DNA from: Oscillospiraceae bacterium
GTDB lineage: Bacteria; Bacillota; Clostridia; Oscillospirales; Ruminococcaceae
Reading direction: 5' to 3'
Assembly (NCBI GenBank): GCA_017550285.1
Contig: JAFZPP010000021.1
Span: 21,874 to 85,873, forward strand
Length of the DNA stretch: 64,000 nt
The notes under the pieces were generated by a model, which had not been told where the DNA came from, did no database searches, and saw only the letters and a program-made list of their open reading frames with translations. This document shows, in pieces, positions 54,609 to 64,000 of the stretch (position 1 is the stretch's first letter; every line of letters begins with the position of its first letter). The position numbers and the translations under genes were made by a program.

Positions 54609-55820
54609 TTGGAAACGAAAAAGAAGACAGCCAAGCCGGTGAAAAACGCTGCGGCTGCGCAGGATATCTATGCGATGCGAAAACGCCGGAAGCGGCGCAA
54701 GGTGCTCAAGCAGAGCGTCTGGCTGCTGCTGCTGGCTGTCGTGATTCTCGTGCTGTATCAGCGCCGCGATTCGTGGATTCCGAAGCTCGAGACCATGGGC
54801 ATGCGGCATCAGAGCCGGCAGTTCGGCATCGGCGACAGCGACGGCAATTTCCCGATTCAGATTTACGGCGATTCTGATTATCAGCTCGCGGAGGCAGGCG
54901 GGTATCTGCTGCTGCTCAATGACTCCTATTTGTATTTCTATGAGCCGGACGGCAGTATGACAGCCGCGCGGAAGCATACCTACGGCAATGCGATGCTCCG
55001 GACGGCAGGCGATTTCGGTCTGCTCTATGAAAACGGCGGTACGCATTTCCGTCTGGAGACGCCTGCCAAGCAGCGCTATGAGAAGACGCTCAGTGAGCAG
55101 ATCGTTTTCGGCAGAGTCTCAGCGAACGGCTCTGCGGCGATTGTCACCGGCGCCGAGGACTGCGCATGCAGGCTGTATGTCTTCAACAGCAAGGGGCAGC
55201 AGATTTACAAGCGAAGCTGCGTGGAGCGAATTTCAGAGCTCGCCTTCAACGCCGATGCGACCGGATGCTATGCGGTACGGATCGAGGCGGAGAACGGTGT
55301 GATGAAATCTGTCGTAAATTCTTACACTTTTTCGTCTGAGGCTTGTAATTGGTCGAGTCAACCCCTTGACATGCTTGCGATTTCGGTATATAATACCAGT
55401 GAGGGGAATCTGTTTCTTTTCGGGGATACCAAGTGCTGCTGTCTTGATCCGAACGGGATGGTGCTTTCGAGCTATACCTATCCGGATAAACTGATCCGCA
55501 GCTGCTTCTACGGCAATACGGCTGCCATGCTGTTCGGCAATGATGAGACAAGAACCAAATCGGTTGTCGTAATCAACGGGTCATCGGGTACGCCGGCAGT
55601 CCGCACCTATGAAAAGGATGTGCGGGATATCGGACTGATGACAGAGAACGAGGCGCTGATTGTCCAGCTTCGCAAAGAGACCGAGACACTCAGCTATCAG
55701 TGCAATGTTTTGCAGACAACACCGCTGGATGACAGCTATGACGGCTTCCTGCGAATCGGACAGAATCTGTTTCTGAAGGGCTACGATCATATTGACCGGC
55801 TGGAATACCATGCGCCCTGA
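54609..55820 (+). CDS. membrane-anchored hypothetical protein (possibly DUF5711-like)
   Basis: TTG start. Basic N-terminus, one TM segment (VWLLLLAVVILVLY), then a ~330-aa beta-rich domain. Confidence 0.65.
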   Translation: METKKKTAKPVKNAAAAQDIYAMRKRRKRRKVLKQSVWLLLLAVVILVLYQRRDSWIPKLETMGMRHQSRQFGIGDSDGNFPIQIYGDSDYQLAEAGGYLLLLNDSYLYFYEPDGSMTAARKHTYGNAMLRTAGDFGLLYENGGTHFRLETPAKQRYEKTLSEQIVFGRVSANGSAAIVTGAEDCACRLYVFNSKGQQIYKRSCVERISELAFNADATGCYAVRIEAENGVMKSVVNSYTFSSEACNWSSQPLDMLAISVYNTSEGNLFLFGDTKCCCLDPNGMVLSSYTYPDKLIRSCFYGNTAAMLFGNDETRTKSVVVINGSSGTPAVRTYEKDVRDIGLMTENEALIVQLRKETETLSYQCNVLQTTPLDDSYDGFLRIGQNLFLKGYDHIDRLEYHAP

Positions 55821-55895
55821 CAGACGTTTTTTCTCACAGAAACAAAAATTGCATTCGCTGACGGCGAATTGTGAAGAACAACGGAGGATAAGTGC

Positions 55896-56810
55896 ATGAG
55901 CACGTCTTTTTGGTGGATATTTGATTTCCTTGTGATTGCGATTGCGGTTTATATTGTCATTGTCAACGCAAAGCGCGGTGTTACAAAATCTATTGTGCTC
56001 GGGATCGGCTACGTGCTGACGACCGTGGCGGCATCGCTGCTGGCTGCTGTTGCGGCACCGGCGCTCTATCAGTCTGTCGCATATGACAATAACATCAGGG
56101 GAATCACTACGGCGAATAAGCATATGGATTTTGCCGAGGTCTTTTCCGAAGCAATCAACAATCAGGATTACGGCTACATCATGGATGTAAGTGCTGCCGA
56201 GAGAATTCTGAAAAATCCGAAGAAGTGTGCGGATTTTGAGAATGAATTTTATGACTACGGAGCCGATAAAACCGGCGGACCCTTTGCAACGAGACAGGAG
56301 TTCGGCGCAGTGCTGCGCAATGCCTTTCTCGAAAGCTACGGCAATGAGCTCGATGAGCGCGTGCCGCGCTATGTCAGAATGTATTTTGACAAGCAGGTGC
56401 GCTCGGATCCGACGCTTATGGGCAAGCTGATTACCGTCTTTTATGATAACACCTTGTATCCGGATGACAAAGCGGATGTGCTGGAACAGCAGTTTGCTGC
56501 AAAGCCGACAACCGAAGTCCTGCAAATCTTCATCTATCTGATTATTTTCTCCGTGGTTATGGTCATTGTCGCGCTGATCAGTGCGATCTTGCAGAACCGG
56601 ATTTTCTTCAACATTCAGAATTCGACGGATCATGCAGTCGGCATGCTGATCGGTGTGATCGAAGCAGGCGTAATGCTGGTGCTCTTTACGCTGATCTCCC
56701 GTCTGCTCGTGCTGCTGATGGGCGGGCACTTCCTGTTCTTCAATGAGGAGACAATCGCGGAGACCAAGCTCTTCTCGTTCTTCTATGATCATATCAGCAT
56801 CTTATTGTAA
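55896..56810 (+). CDS. CvpA-like membrane protein
   Basis: RBS GGAGG. N-terminal ...FDFLVIAIAVYIVIVNAKRGVTKSIVLGIGYVL... resembles the CvpA family. Additional C-terminal TM helices. Confidence 0.55.
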   Translation: MSTSFWWIFDFLVIAIAVYIVIVNAKRGVTKSIVLGIGYVLTTVAASLLAAVAAPALYQSVAYDNNIRGITTANKHMDFAEVFSEAINNQDYGYIMDVSAAERILKNPKKCADFENEFYDYGADKTGGPFATRQEFGAVLRNAFLESYGNELDERVPRYVRMYFDKQVRSDPTLMGKLITVFYDNTLYPDDKADVLEQQFAAKPTTEVLQIFIYLIIFSVVMVIVALISAILQNRIFFNIQNSTDHAVGMLIGVIEAGVMLVLFTLISRLLVLLMGGHFLFFNEETIAETKLFSFFYDHISILL

Positions 56811-56921
56811 TTTATAAGAAAATTCCTGCACCTCTGCTTCGGATTCTGCCGCAGCAGAGGCGCAGTATTCCATTTTCAGAAAGGAGCGCGTATCCTCGGA
56901 ACAGGGGAGCGCGGATATTAT

Positions 56922-59261
56922 ATGGTTCTTTGCAGTCATTGTAAAAAACGTCCTGCGATTGTGTTCATTACATCCATGCACGGTTCGGAGAAGCGGAATG
57001 AAGGCTTATGCCTTGTGTGCGCGAAAAAGCTGAATATTCCGCAGGTTGCCGAATATATGGAGCATATGGGCATTTCGGATGAGGACATTGAACAGATGAG
57101 CGACCAGATGATGGATCTGCTCGATAATGAAGACGAAAACTTTGAAATGGGCGGCGCAAGCACCATGCCCGGCTTTATCCAGCGGCTCTTTACCGATCAT
57201 CCGGTGACGGATTCGGAAAAGGAGACACCGAAGGAGAAGGACGATGAGCCGAAGAAAACGGAAAAGGCAAGCGATCTCTTCGGCAGATTCGGGGATAAAT
57301 CCCGCGACGGCAAGGATGAGCGCAAGTCCAGAAAAAAGGAACGTAAAAAGGAGCTCAAATATCTCGACAGCTACTGCACGAATCTCAGCAAACGTGCTGA
57401 GGAGGGGAAAATGGACGGCGTCATCGGCAGAGATACCGAGATCGCGCGCGTGATTCAGATTCTCTCGCGCCGTCAGAAGAATAACCCCTGCCTGATCGGT
57501 GAACCGGGCGTCGGCAAGACGGCTGTTGCGGAGGGCATTGCGCTGCGGATTGCATCCGGCGATGTGCCTTTCCACCTCAAGGATAAGAAAATCTATCTGC
57601 TCGATATGACCGCGCTCGTCGCAGGTACGCAGTTCCGCGGACAGTTCGAGAGCAGAGTCAAGGGGCTGGTCGAGGAGGTCAAGGAGCAGGGGAATATCAT
57701 CCTCTTCATTGACGAGGTGCACAGCCTTGTCGGTGCAGGTGACTCCGAGGGCTCGATGAATGCTGCGAATATCCTAAAGCCTGCGCTCTCGAGAGGAGAG
57801 GTGCAGGTCATCGGTGCGACCACCTTCACCGAATACCGCAAATATATCGAGAAGGACGGTGCGCTGGAGCGCCGTTTCCAGCCGGTCAGAGTCGATGAAC
57901 CGACGATTGAGGATACCGTTGAGATTCTCAAGGGCGTTGCGAAATACTATGAGGAATTCCACCGCGTGCATATCTCTCCGGCGATGCTGCGGCTCTGCAC
58001 GGTGCTCTCCGAGCGCTATATCACAGACCGTTTTCTGCCGGATAAGGCGATTGACCTGCTGGACGAGAGCTGCGCGTATGTCAGCATCCGGCATCCGGAG
58101 CTGACCGAGCTCGACCGCCTGACAACTGAAATTGCCGAGAAGCAGGAGCAGATCGACGATATTGAAGCCGACCAGAATCCGGATTATCAGAAGCTCGCAG
58201 AGCGCAAGGGCGAGATGATTCACCTGAAAGCGCGCTTTGATGAACTGACCGAGCATCCGGTCGAGGTCAATGTGGAGGCGGGCGATCTGGCGCATGTGAT
58301 CGAGATCTGGACGGGGATTCCCGCAAACAAGATTGAGGAAACCGAATATGCCAAGCTGCGCGACCTCGAGCCGCATCTGAAAGAGCATATCATCGGTCAG
58401 GATGAGGCAATCGCCGCACTTGCAAAGGCGATCAAGCGCAGCCGCGTGCAGATGACTGCGCGCCGCAGACCGGCATCCTTCATTTTTGTCGGACCGACCG
58501 GCGTCGGCAAGACCGAGCTTGTCAAGGTGCTCTCCGCGGAGATGTTTGATTCGACGGAGCCGCTGATCCGGCTCGATATGACCGAATACATGGAAAAGCA
58601 CGCAATTTCGCGTATGATCGGCTCGCCTCCGGGCTATGTCGGCTATGATGAAGCAGGTCAGCTGACCGAGAAGGTGCGCCGCAGACCGTATTCCGTCATC
58701 CTCTTTGACGAGATCGAGAAGGCGCATCCGGATGTGATGAATCTGCTGCTGCAAATTCTCGATGAGGGCAAGATCGACGATGCGCAGGGCAGAACCGTCA
58801 ACTTCGAGAACACGATCATCATTATGACCTCGAATGCCGGCAGCACGGATAAATCCACGGGCGTCGGCTTCAACCGCACCGAGGAGGAAATCTCCAAAGA
58901 GAAGGCGCTGAAAGCGCTCAAGGACTTCCTGCGTCCGGAATTCGTCGGCAGAATCGACGAGATTATCGTTTTCAAGCCGCTGAGCGTCGAGGATTATGCC
59001 CGTATTGCTGCACTGATGCTCAAGGAGACCGCAGCAGCACTGTCCGAGCGCGGCATCCTGCTTGACTGGGACGATGCAGCGCTGAAAGCCGTTGCGGAGA
59101 AGGCACACGGTCACCGCTACGGTGCGCGTGACATCCGCCGCGTGCTGCGCGAGGATGTCGAGGACCCGATTGCCTCGATGATTGTCGATGCGGAAATGCC
59201 CCTCAGACTGCTGCATATCCGCGGCACAGAGGACGGTGTCAAGGTCGAATCCGAAGAATAA
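56922..59261 (+). CDS. ClpE-type Clp/Hsp100 AAA+ ATPase (N-terminal zinc-ribbon, two nucleotide-binding domains)
   Basis: CSHCKK...CLVCAKK zinc ribbon. Walker A motifs GEPGVGKTA and [10 protein letters not shown] ClpP-docking-type VGF loop. Confidence 0.88.
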   Translation: MVLCSHCKKRPAIVFITSMHGSEKRNEGLCLVCAKKLNIPQVAEYMEHMGISDEDIEQMSDQMMDLLDNEDENFEMGGASTMPGFIQRLFTDHPVTDSEKETPKEKDDEPKKTEKASDLFGRFGDKSRDGKDERKSRKKERKKELKYLDSYCTNLSKRAEEGKMDGVIGRDTEIARVIQILSRRQKNNPCLIGEPGVGKTAVAEGIALRIASGDVPFHLKDKKIYLLDMTALVAGTQFRGQFESRVKGLVEEVKEQGNIILFIDEVHSLVGAGDSEGSMNAANILKPALSRGEVQVIGATTFTEYRKYIEKDGALERRFQPVRVDEPTIEDTVEILKGVAKYYEEFHRVHISPAMLRLCTVLSERYITDRFLPDKAIDLLDESCAYVSIRHPELTELDRLTTEIAEKQEQIDDIEADQNPDYQKLAERKGEMIHLKARFDELTEHPVEVNVEAGDLAHVIEIWTGIPANKIEETEYAKLRDLEPHLKEHIIGQDEAIAALAKAIKRSRVQMTARRRPASFIFVGPTGVGKTELVKVLSAEMFDSTEPLIRLDMTEYMEKHAISRMIGSPPGYVGYDEAGQLTEKVRRRPYSVILFDEIEKAHPDVMNLLLQILDEGKIDDAQGRTVNFENTIIIMTSNAGSTDKSTGVGFNRTEEEISKEKALKALKDFLRPEFVGRIDEIIVFKPLSVEDYARIAALMLKETAAALSERGILLDWDDAALKAVAEKAHGHRYGARDIRRVLREDVEDPIASMIVDAEMPLRLLHIRGTEDGVKVESEE

Positions 59262-59266
59262 ACAAC

Positions 59267-59300
59267 AGCTCCGGCACCGGTTTCGGTGTCGGAGCTTTTT
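59267..59300 (+). terminator. intrinsic terminator of the clp gene
   Basis: Stem agctccg.cacc/ggtg.cggagct followed by T5. Confidence 0.75.
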
Positions 59301-59308
59301 ATGTGGCA

Positions 59309-59345
59309 GCAAAAAGCAGATGCAGAGAAATCTCCGCATCTGCTT
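59309..59345 (-). terminator. intrinsic terminator of gdhA
   Basis: Stem agcagatgc.gag/ctc.gcatctgct followed by a T-run on the minus strand. Confidence 0.7.
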
Positions 59346-59370
59346 TGCTTTTATTCACTTGGAACTGAAA

Positions 59371-60726
59371 TCAGACACAGCCCTGTGCCTTCATTGCCTC
59401 AGCAACCTTCAGGAAGCCGGCGATGTTTGCACCTGCAACGAGGTCATCACCGAGACCGTACTCATTTGCAGCATTGATGCTTGCCTTGAAGATGTTTGCC
59501 ATGATGCCCTTCAGCTTTGCATCGACTTCTTCAGCAGTCCAGCTGAGACGCTCGCTGTTCTGGGACATTTCCAGACCGGAAACTGCAACACCGCCTGCGT
59601 TGACAGCCTTGGAAGGCGCAACAACGATGCCTGCTTCCTTCAGCATTGCGATTGCCTCATTGGTGGTCGGCATGTTCGCAACTTCAACATAGTACTTGAC
59701 GCCGTTTGCGATGATCTTCTTTGCTTCCTCAACGCCGACCTCGTTCTGGGTTGCGCACGGCATCAGAATGTCAGCCTTGACGCCCCACGGCTTCTCGCCC
59801 TTGAAGAACTTTGCAGACGGGAACTTGTCAGCATAGTCCTCAGCGCGGTTGCGGCAGGATGCTCTCATCTCAAGCAGGAAGTCAACCTTCTCATCGGTGG
59901 AAATGCCGTCCGGATCATAGATATAGCCGTCCGGACCGGAAATGGTAACAACCTTACCGCCGAGCTCGTTGACCTTCTTAATGGTACCCCATGCAACATT
60001 GCCGAAGCCGGAAACTGCAAAAGTCTTGCCCTTGATCTGATCCTTGAAATAGTCGAGCATGTTCTGGACATAGTAGACAGCGCCGTAACCGGTTGCCTCC
60101 GGACGGATCAGAGAACCGCCGTAGGGGATGCCCTTACCGGTCAGAACGCCGGTAAACTCGTTCTGGAGTCTCTTATACTGACCGAACAGATAGCCGATTT
60201 CACGGCCGCCGACACCGATATCACCAGCCGGAACGTCGAGATTCGGACCGATGTGACGATAGAGCTCAGTCATGAAGCTCTGGCAGAAACGCATAACCTC
60301 AGCGTCAGACTTGCCCTGCGGATCGAAGTCGGAACCGCCCTTACCGCCGCCCATCGGGAGGGAGGTCAGGGAGTTCTTGAAGGTCTGCTCGAAGCCGAGG
60401 AACTTGATGATGCCGATGTAAACATTCTTTGCAAAACGGAGACCGCCCTTGTACGGTCCGATTGCGGAGTTGAACTGGACGCGGAAGCCGCGGTTGACCT
60501 GCTGCTTGCCGTTGTCGTCGATCCACGGCACACGGAAGATGATCTGGCGCTCCGGCTCGACCATTCTCTCAATGACACCAGCCTCAACGAGGTCAGGTCT
60601 CTTCTCAACAACAGGCTCGAGGGTGCTGAGCACTTCAGCAACAGTCTGGAGGAATTCCGGCTCGTTCGGGTTGCGCTTTTCAACCTGCTCGTAGACGGAC
60701 TTGAGGTAAGCATTTTTCAGTTCCAT
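59371..60726 (-). CDS. gdhA: NADP-specific glutamate dehydrogenase
   Basis: The start was trimmed to MELKNAYLKSVYEQV. Catalytic Lys motif PMGGGKGGSDFDP. Rossmann motif GFGNVAWG. Confidence 0.95.
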   Translation of the reverse strand: MELKNAYLKSVYEQVEKRNPNEPEFLQTVAEVLSTLEPVVEKRPDLVEAGVIERMVEPERQIIFRVPWIDDNGKQQVNRGFRVQFNSAIGPYKGGLRFAKNVYIGIIKFLGFEQTFKNSLTSLPMGGGKGGSDFDPQGKSDAEVMRFCQSFMTELYRHIGPNLDVPAGDIGVGGREIGYLFGQYKRLQNEFTGVLTGKGIPYGGSLIRPEATGYGAVYYVQNMLDYFKDQIKGKTFAVSGFGNVAWGTIKKVNELGGKVVTISGPDGYIYDPDGISTDEKVDFLLEMRASCRNRAEDYADKFPSAKFFKGEKPWGVKADILMPCATQNEVGVEEAKKIIANGVKYYVEVANMPTTNEAIAMLKEAGIVVAPSKAVNAGGVAVSGLEMSQNSERLSWTAEEVDAKLKGIMANIFKASINAANEYGLGDDLVAGANIAGFLKVAEAMKAQGCV

Positions 60727-61175
60727 AACACAAATCTCCTTACAAAAAAGTTCGGGACGTTCATTAGCCCACCTCATAATTATACTCTATTTTCCTCTCT
60801 TTGGAAATGTTTTATTATATCCTATATAAAACAGAAAAAACAGCAAAATTATGCGGATTCATACTGTATTTTGAAGTAATACTGTCATATTGTGATATGA
60901 TAAAGTGTGAATAAATAATGAATATCGTTAAACATGAGACAAACTGTATTTCTCAGCACTACAAGTGCAAACGGCACTCGGTCAATCTGCATAAAACTGT
61001 TCAAAGCTGCACAAGCTCTGTTGCATTGTCTACCGCATCACGATATCAGGCGGTTTTTGCGTGATAGTATCTTGCGGATAACGCAAAATAGTTATAATTC
61101 ATTTGGCGAATTGTGCTTAATATTCCGATTCATGCTTTAATTGTTATCACTATCGCCGAAAATGAAGTGAACAGA

Positions 61176-61204
61176 TTGACAAAGCCTTGTAAAACATGTA
61201 TAAT
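61176..61204 (+). promoter_or_regulatory. consensus promoter of a candidate small RNA
   Basis: TTGACA (61176-61181), 17 nt spacer, TATAAT (61199-61204). Confidence 0.6.
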
Positions 61205-61210
61205 ATATAT

Positions 61211-61330
61211 AGTTTTCACCAACAAATCGGTGCGGATAATCGGCGGATTGAATCCGCTGCCGCTCAGATTTGCTTATGGTAACCTCTTTCCTTCATACAG
61301 GATGGCGAATTCGCCATCCCGTTTTTTTTT
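61211..61330 (+). ncRNA. candidate ~120-nt small RNA with a C/U-rich single-stranded motif
   Basis: No ORF. Internal hairpin gcggat...atccgc. An unpaired aaccucuuuccuuca (anti-SD-like). Strong terminator ggatggcgaattcgccatcc followed by T9. Confidence 0.5.
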
Positions 61331-61373
61331 GCGGGCAGCGCCCGCCGGTATTGATCTAAAGCCCGCCGGCAGG
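61331..61373. repeat. GC-palindrome/GATCTAAAG dispersed repeat, copy F
   Basis: gcgggcagcgcccgccggtattgatctaaagcccgccggcagg, directly after the small-RNA terminator. Confidence 0.75.
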
Positions 61374-61447
61374 TCAACTGCTTGATAAAAGAACTTCGTG
61401 CAGTCTGCCCATTCCGCGTGATATGCGTCCATATTATAATTGAAGTA

Positions 61448-61486
61448 AAGCCGCTCAATTCAGCGTAATTGAGCGGCTTATTTTTG
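61448..61486 (+). terminator. intrinsic terminator-like hairpin
   Basis: 13-bp stem aagccgctcaatt/aattgagcggctt followed by attttt. Confidence 0.6.
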
Positions 61487-61527
61487 TATTCTGTAATGAA
61501 AAGCGGTTCTGCGGTAAATCGGAATTT

Positions 61528-61708
61528 GGCAGGGCGGTCGTGGGACATTGTGGGGACGCTGTCCACACACCCTGCCTAGGGGATACTATCCCCTAGGAAC
61601 CCCGCTGCTGCTCCGTATCAGCCCCATAAAAGGGCTGATGCAGAGCAGAAATGGGATTCTCAAGGGACAGTGTCCCTTGAGCGGGAGTCTGAGGGCAGAG
61701 CCCTCAGA
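61528..61708. other. array of five consecutive near-perfect hairpins (unrelated sequences)
   Basis: H0 ggcaggg...ccctgcc (61528-61576). H1 cctagggga/tcccctagg (61575-61597). H2 ctgctc..atcagccc/gggctgat..gagcag (61608-61648). H3 ctcaagggac/gtcccttgag (61659-61681). H4 tctgagggc/gccctcaga (61688-61708). Confidence 0.7.
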
Positions 61709-61805
61709 ACATCTCTCAATCATCCCGCCAAATTCCGGTTTATGACAGCAAAAATAATTCAGACAAAGTATATTCTGAAACGGAAGTCTGTGCGCAGAGC
61801 CTTCG

Positions 61806-62915
61806 TTATGAATGCATTGCAGATGCCGAAACCACCTGCTGCGTAATGCAGTGAATATTGCCGCCGCCGAGCAGGATTGCGCGCGCAGCAATCGGGCAGA
61901 TTTCTCTTTCGGGGAAGCAGCCGCGCAGAATCTCGCAGGCGCGTGCATCATCCGCAGCATAGATTCCGCCGAACTGCGGCACCAGCACGCAGTCATTCCC
62001 GATATAGAAATTGACATAGGATGCAGCCAGACGCTCCTCCGGCTCGCGCGTATCCTCGCCCTCCGCAAAGTCATACGCATCGCATTCCGCGGGCGTCACG
62101 CAGACCGGTACATGCGGCACCGGCAGCTTTGTAATGTGCAGCGGTCTGCCCTTTGCATCGGTTTCTTGCGATAATACGTCGAAATCAGCATGCGACATGG
62201 CATACTGCGGATCATCGGGATCATCACACCATGCAAGAACAATCTCACCCGGTGCAGTGAATGCGGCGATGTTGTCGATGTGCTCATTTGTCTCGTCCTG
62301 ATAGATGCCGTATGGAATCCAGATGACCTTCTCGGCACCGAGATATTCCAGCAGATACGCGGTAATCTGTTCTTTCGTCAGATGCGGATTGCGCCCGCCG
62401 CTGAGCAGGCATGCTTCCGTGACGAGAACGGTGCCTTCGCCGTCACTGTGAATCGCGCCGCCTTCCAGCACAAACGGTCTTGCGTCATAACAGGGGATGC
62501 CGAGCGCCTTGCAGACCGCATCCGCGGCGGCATCGTCCTTCTGCCAGTCCGCATAGAGACCGTCGAAATCGCCGCCCCATGCATTGAATTGCCATGAGAT
62601 GCCGCGCACCTCGCCGGCTTCGTTCCGGACAAAGGTCGGTGCGACATCACGTGCCCATGCATCATCTGTATCAATATGCAGCAGCTGCACCGTTTCAGGG
62701 AGCATTCTCTGCGCGGTTTCTGCGGTTTTGTCATTCACCAGCATCCAGACCTGCTCACACGTTGAGAGGCGCGCTGCGATTGCAGCAAACGCCTGCTGTG
62801 CGGCGGAGGGGTCTCTGCCCCATGAACCCGGACGTTCCGGAAAGATCAGAATTGTGCCGCGGTGCGGTTCAAATTCAGCCGGCATGTGAAAACCGTCTGC
62901 TTTGGGTGTTGTCAT
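61806..62915 (-). CDS. aguA: agmatine deiminase
   Basis: ...FHMPAEFEPH..., ...DDAWARDVAPTF..., and a C-terminal catalytic Cys motif GGGNIHCITQQ. The start is set at MTTPKADGF. 62921 and 62936 are alternatives. Confidence 0.9.
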   Translation of the reverse strand: MTTPKADGFHMPAEFEPHRGTILIFPERPGSWGRDPSAAQQAFAAIAARLSTCEQVWMLVNDKTAETAQRMLPETVQLLHIDTDDAWARDVAPTFVRNEAGEVRGISWQFNAWGGDFDGLYADWQKDDAAADAVCKALGIPCYDARPFVLEGGAIHSDGEGTVLVTEACLLSGGRNPHLTKEQITAYLLEYLGAEKVIWIPYGIYQDETNEHIDNIAAFTAPGEIVLAWCDDPDDPQYAMSHADFDVLSQETDAKGRPLHITKLPVPHVPVCVTPAECDAYDFAEGEDTREPEERLAASYVNFYIGNDCVLVPQFGGIYAADDARACEILRGCFPEREICPIAARAILLGGGNIHCITQQVVSASAMHS

Positions 62916-62932
62916 ATGCATTCTCCCTGCGC

Positions 62933-63418
62933 TCATGCCTGATCCGGCTCTAGATGACTTTTCATTTTCAGGATGATCTCAGCGGATTCCTTCGGTACGA
63001 GCATTGCCTCGGTGAATGCGTCGATCACAAGTCCGCTGACATCCTTCATATCCAGCGCCGTGCGGATGCACTGTACCGCCGGAACCGTCAGCAGCGCGAA
63101 ATTCTTTGCATATTCCGGATCAATCTGATCTGCACTGGAAAAGACCGGCAGGAATGTGCCGTCCTCGCTTTGCAGCAGATCGGGTTTGAACGATACCGGA
63201 TCAATCGTATCGACGCTCTCGCCCTTTGCCGCATTGAGAATGCGCGCGCGGTCTGCATCGCTGACATTGACCTGCACCGGCACAATGACCTCGGAATCAC
63301 GCAGGCAGGAGAGGACCGGCATCAGCGTCTGACGGTTCTGTTGCGTCAGAAACCGGTGCTTGAGAAAGCGCAGGAGATTGCCGCTGTCCAGATCTTTTCT
63401 GGAGATTTTCTGTTCCAT
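62933..63418 (-). CDS. SseB N-terminal-domain protein (short paralogue)
   Basis: ...LMPVLSCLRDSEVIVPV...DGTFLPVFSSADQI...GLVIDAF... matches the SseB_N pattern. It is tightly packed against aguA. Confidence 0.7.
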   Translation of the reverse strand: MEQKISRKDLDSGNLLRFLKHRFLTQQNRQTLMPVLSCLRDSEVIVPVQVNVSDADRARILNAAKGESVDTIDPVSFKPDLLQSEDGTFLPVFSSADQIDPEYAKNFALLTVPAVQCIRTALDMKDVSGLVIDAFTEAMLVPKESAEIILKMKSHLEPDQA

Positions 63419-63442
63419 GATTGCTTGTTCCTTTCCGTTGTT

Positions 63443-63847
63443 TTATGTCCAGAGCTCCGTGATGAACATGGCGCTTGCATCGACGGCGCGGTCAAATCCG
63501 CAGGCTTCATAGAAGCGGACTTCCTTATTATATGCGACGAGCACGATGCGGAGATAATCCTTATAGGTTTCCTTCATGCGCCCGACGAGTGCCCTGCCGA
63601 TTCCCTTGTCCTGATACGCAGGACGCACCAGCAGGTAGTGAATGTATGCGGTCATGATGCCGTCGTCCATTGCGCAGCAGAGCCCGACGAGTGTTTCGCC
63701 GTCCCATGCCGTATAGACGGTCTCAAAATTGCGCATGGCAATTTGCAGCTTTTCCGGATAATGACCGGAGGACCATTTCACGGACAGAAACAGGTCTTGC
63801 AGCTGTTCCGCCGTGAATTCATGTGTATCCTTGTATGTGATTTCCAT
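63443..63847 (-). CDS. GNAT-family N-acetyltransferase
   Basis: ...LLVRPAYQDKGIGRALV... acetyl-CoA binding motif. Confidence 0.85.
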   Translation of the reverse strand: MEITYKDTHEFTAEQLQDLFLSVKWSSGHYPEKLQIAMRNFETVYTAWDGETLVGLCCAMDDGIMTAYIHYLLVRPAYQDKGIGRALVGRMKETYKDYLRIVLVAYNKEVRFYEACGFDRAVDASAMFITELWT

Positions 63848-63866
63848 GTTACCCTCTCTTGCATGT

Positions 63867-64000
63867 CAGCTGTTGATTTTCAGAATGAGCCAGATCACCG
63901 CGCCGATGACTGCCGTCAGCAGGAGGATCAGCAGGGCGACGGTTACGCGAATCCATTTTTTCTCACGGATTGCCAGTATCATCATCGAGACAACATCGGC
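63867..64000 (-). CDS. C-terminal fragment of a membrane protein (gene runs off the right edge)
   Basis: The minus-strand frame is open from the window edge to TGA at 63867-63869 (...REKKWIRVTVALLILLLTAVIGAVIWLILKINS*). Confidence 0.5.

Noticed and set aside
59182-60879. 565-aa ORF on the + strand opposite gdhA.
   Set aside because: It is a shadow ORF of glutamate dehydrogenase. It has no RBS and begins inside the clp gene terminator region. gdhA carries unmistakable motifs (GGGKGG).
1-64000. Search for tRNA, rRNA, CRISPR arrays, prophage or IS elements, and canonical defence systems.
   Set aside because: I saw no tRNA T-loop/acceptor signatures, no rRNA-like segments, no regularly spaced direct repeats, and no recombinase, RT, Cas or restriction-like ORFs. 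The only P-loop orphan (31406-32455) has no partner genes suggestive of a defence module.

Overview
This 64-kb chromosomal window comes from a moderately GC-rich Gram-positive anaerobe. It looks like a cellulosome-producing Ruminococcaceae/Oscillospiraceae member, because it has dockerin and cohesin modules, TTGACA-17-(TGn)TATAAT promoters and GGAGG ribosome-binding sites. About 65 protein genes are supported. Housekeeping genes include prfA, a Sua5/TsaC homologue, rny, ruvC/ruvA/ruvB, ecfA1-ecfA2-ecfT, truA, a ClpE-type ATPase, gdhA, aguA and an FHA-RodA/FtsW-PBP operon. Accessory genes include two orphan type IV pilin paralogues, two tandem GH5-dockerin cellulases, a CotH-dockerin protein, a GH25 lysozyme, three SseB-family paralogues and a small-molecule-modifying cluster (GyrI-like, deaminase, Nudix, GNAT, CAT-like). 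I found no rRNA, tRNA, CRISPR array, transposase, integrase or prophage gene. The most interesting signals are: (1) a perfect-consensus promoter driving about 740 nt of ORF-free, helix-rich sequence (8.5-9.3 kb), a candidate large non-coding RNA. (2) An ECF sigma factor translationally coupled to a membrane anti-sigma-like protein whose extracellular end looks like a cohesin module. (3) A roughly 5-kb insert splitting ruvA from ruvB. It encodes lipoproteins, one carrying a pilin-head-like domain, an SseB homologue, and three proteins that start MPP. Two of the MPP proteins are paralogues with (HSS)n His/Ser repeats, a TM helix and a conserved Trp/Tyr-rich C-terminal domain. (4) A start-less 217-codon ORF in the -1 frame directly behind an A_AAA_AAC-TGA site at the end of the second GH5 gene. 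(5) Two further promoter-plus-terminator small-RNA candidates. (6) A dispersed ~45-bp GC-palindrome/GATCTAAAG repeat family, twice paired with polypurine/polypyrimidine tracts. (7) An array of five perfect hairpins. Intergenic coordinates were read by eye and may be off by 1-3 nt. CDS coordinates are anchored on the supplied ORF track, with starts trimmed where an RBS supports an internal start.
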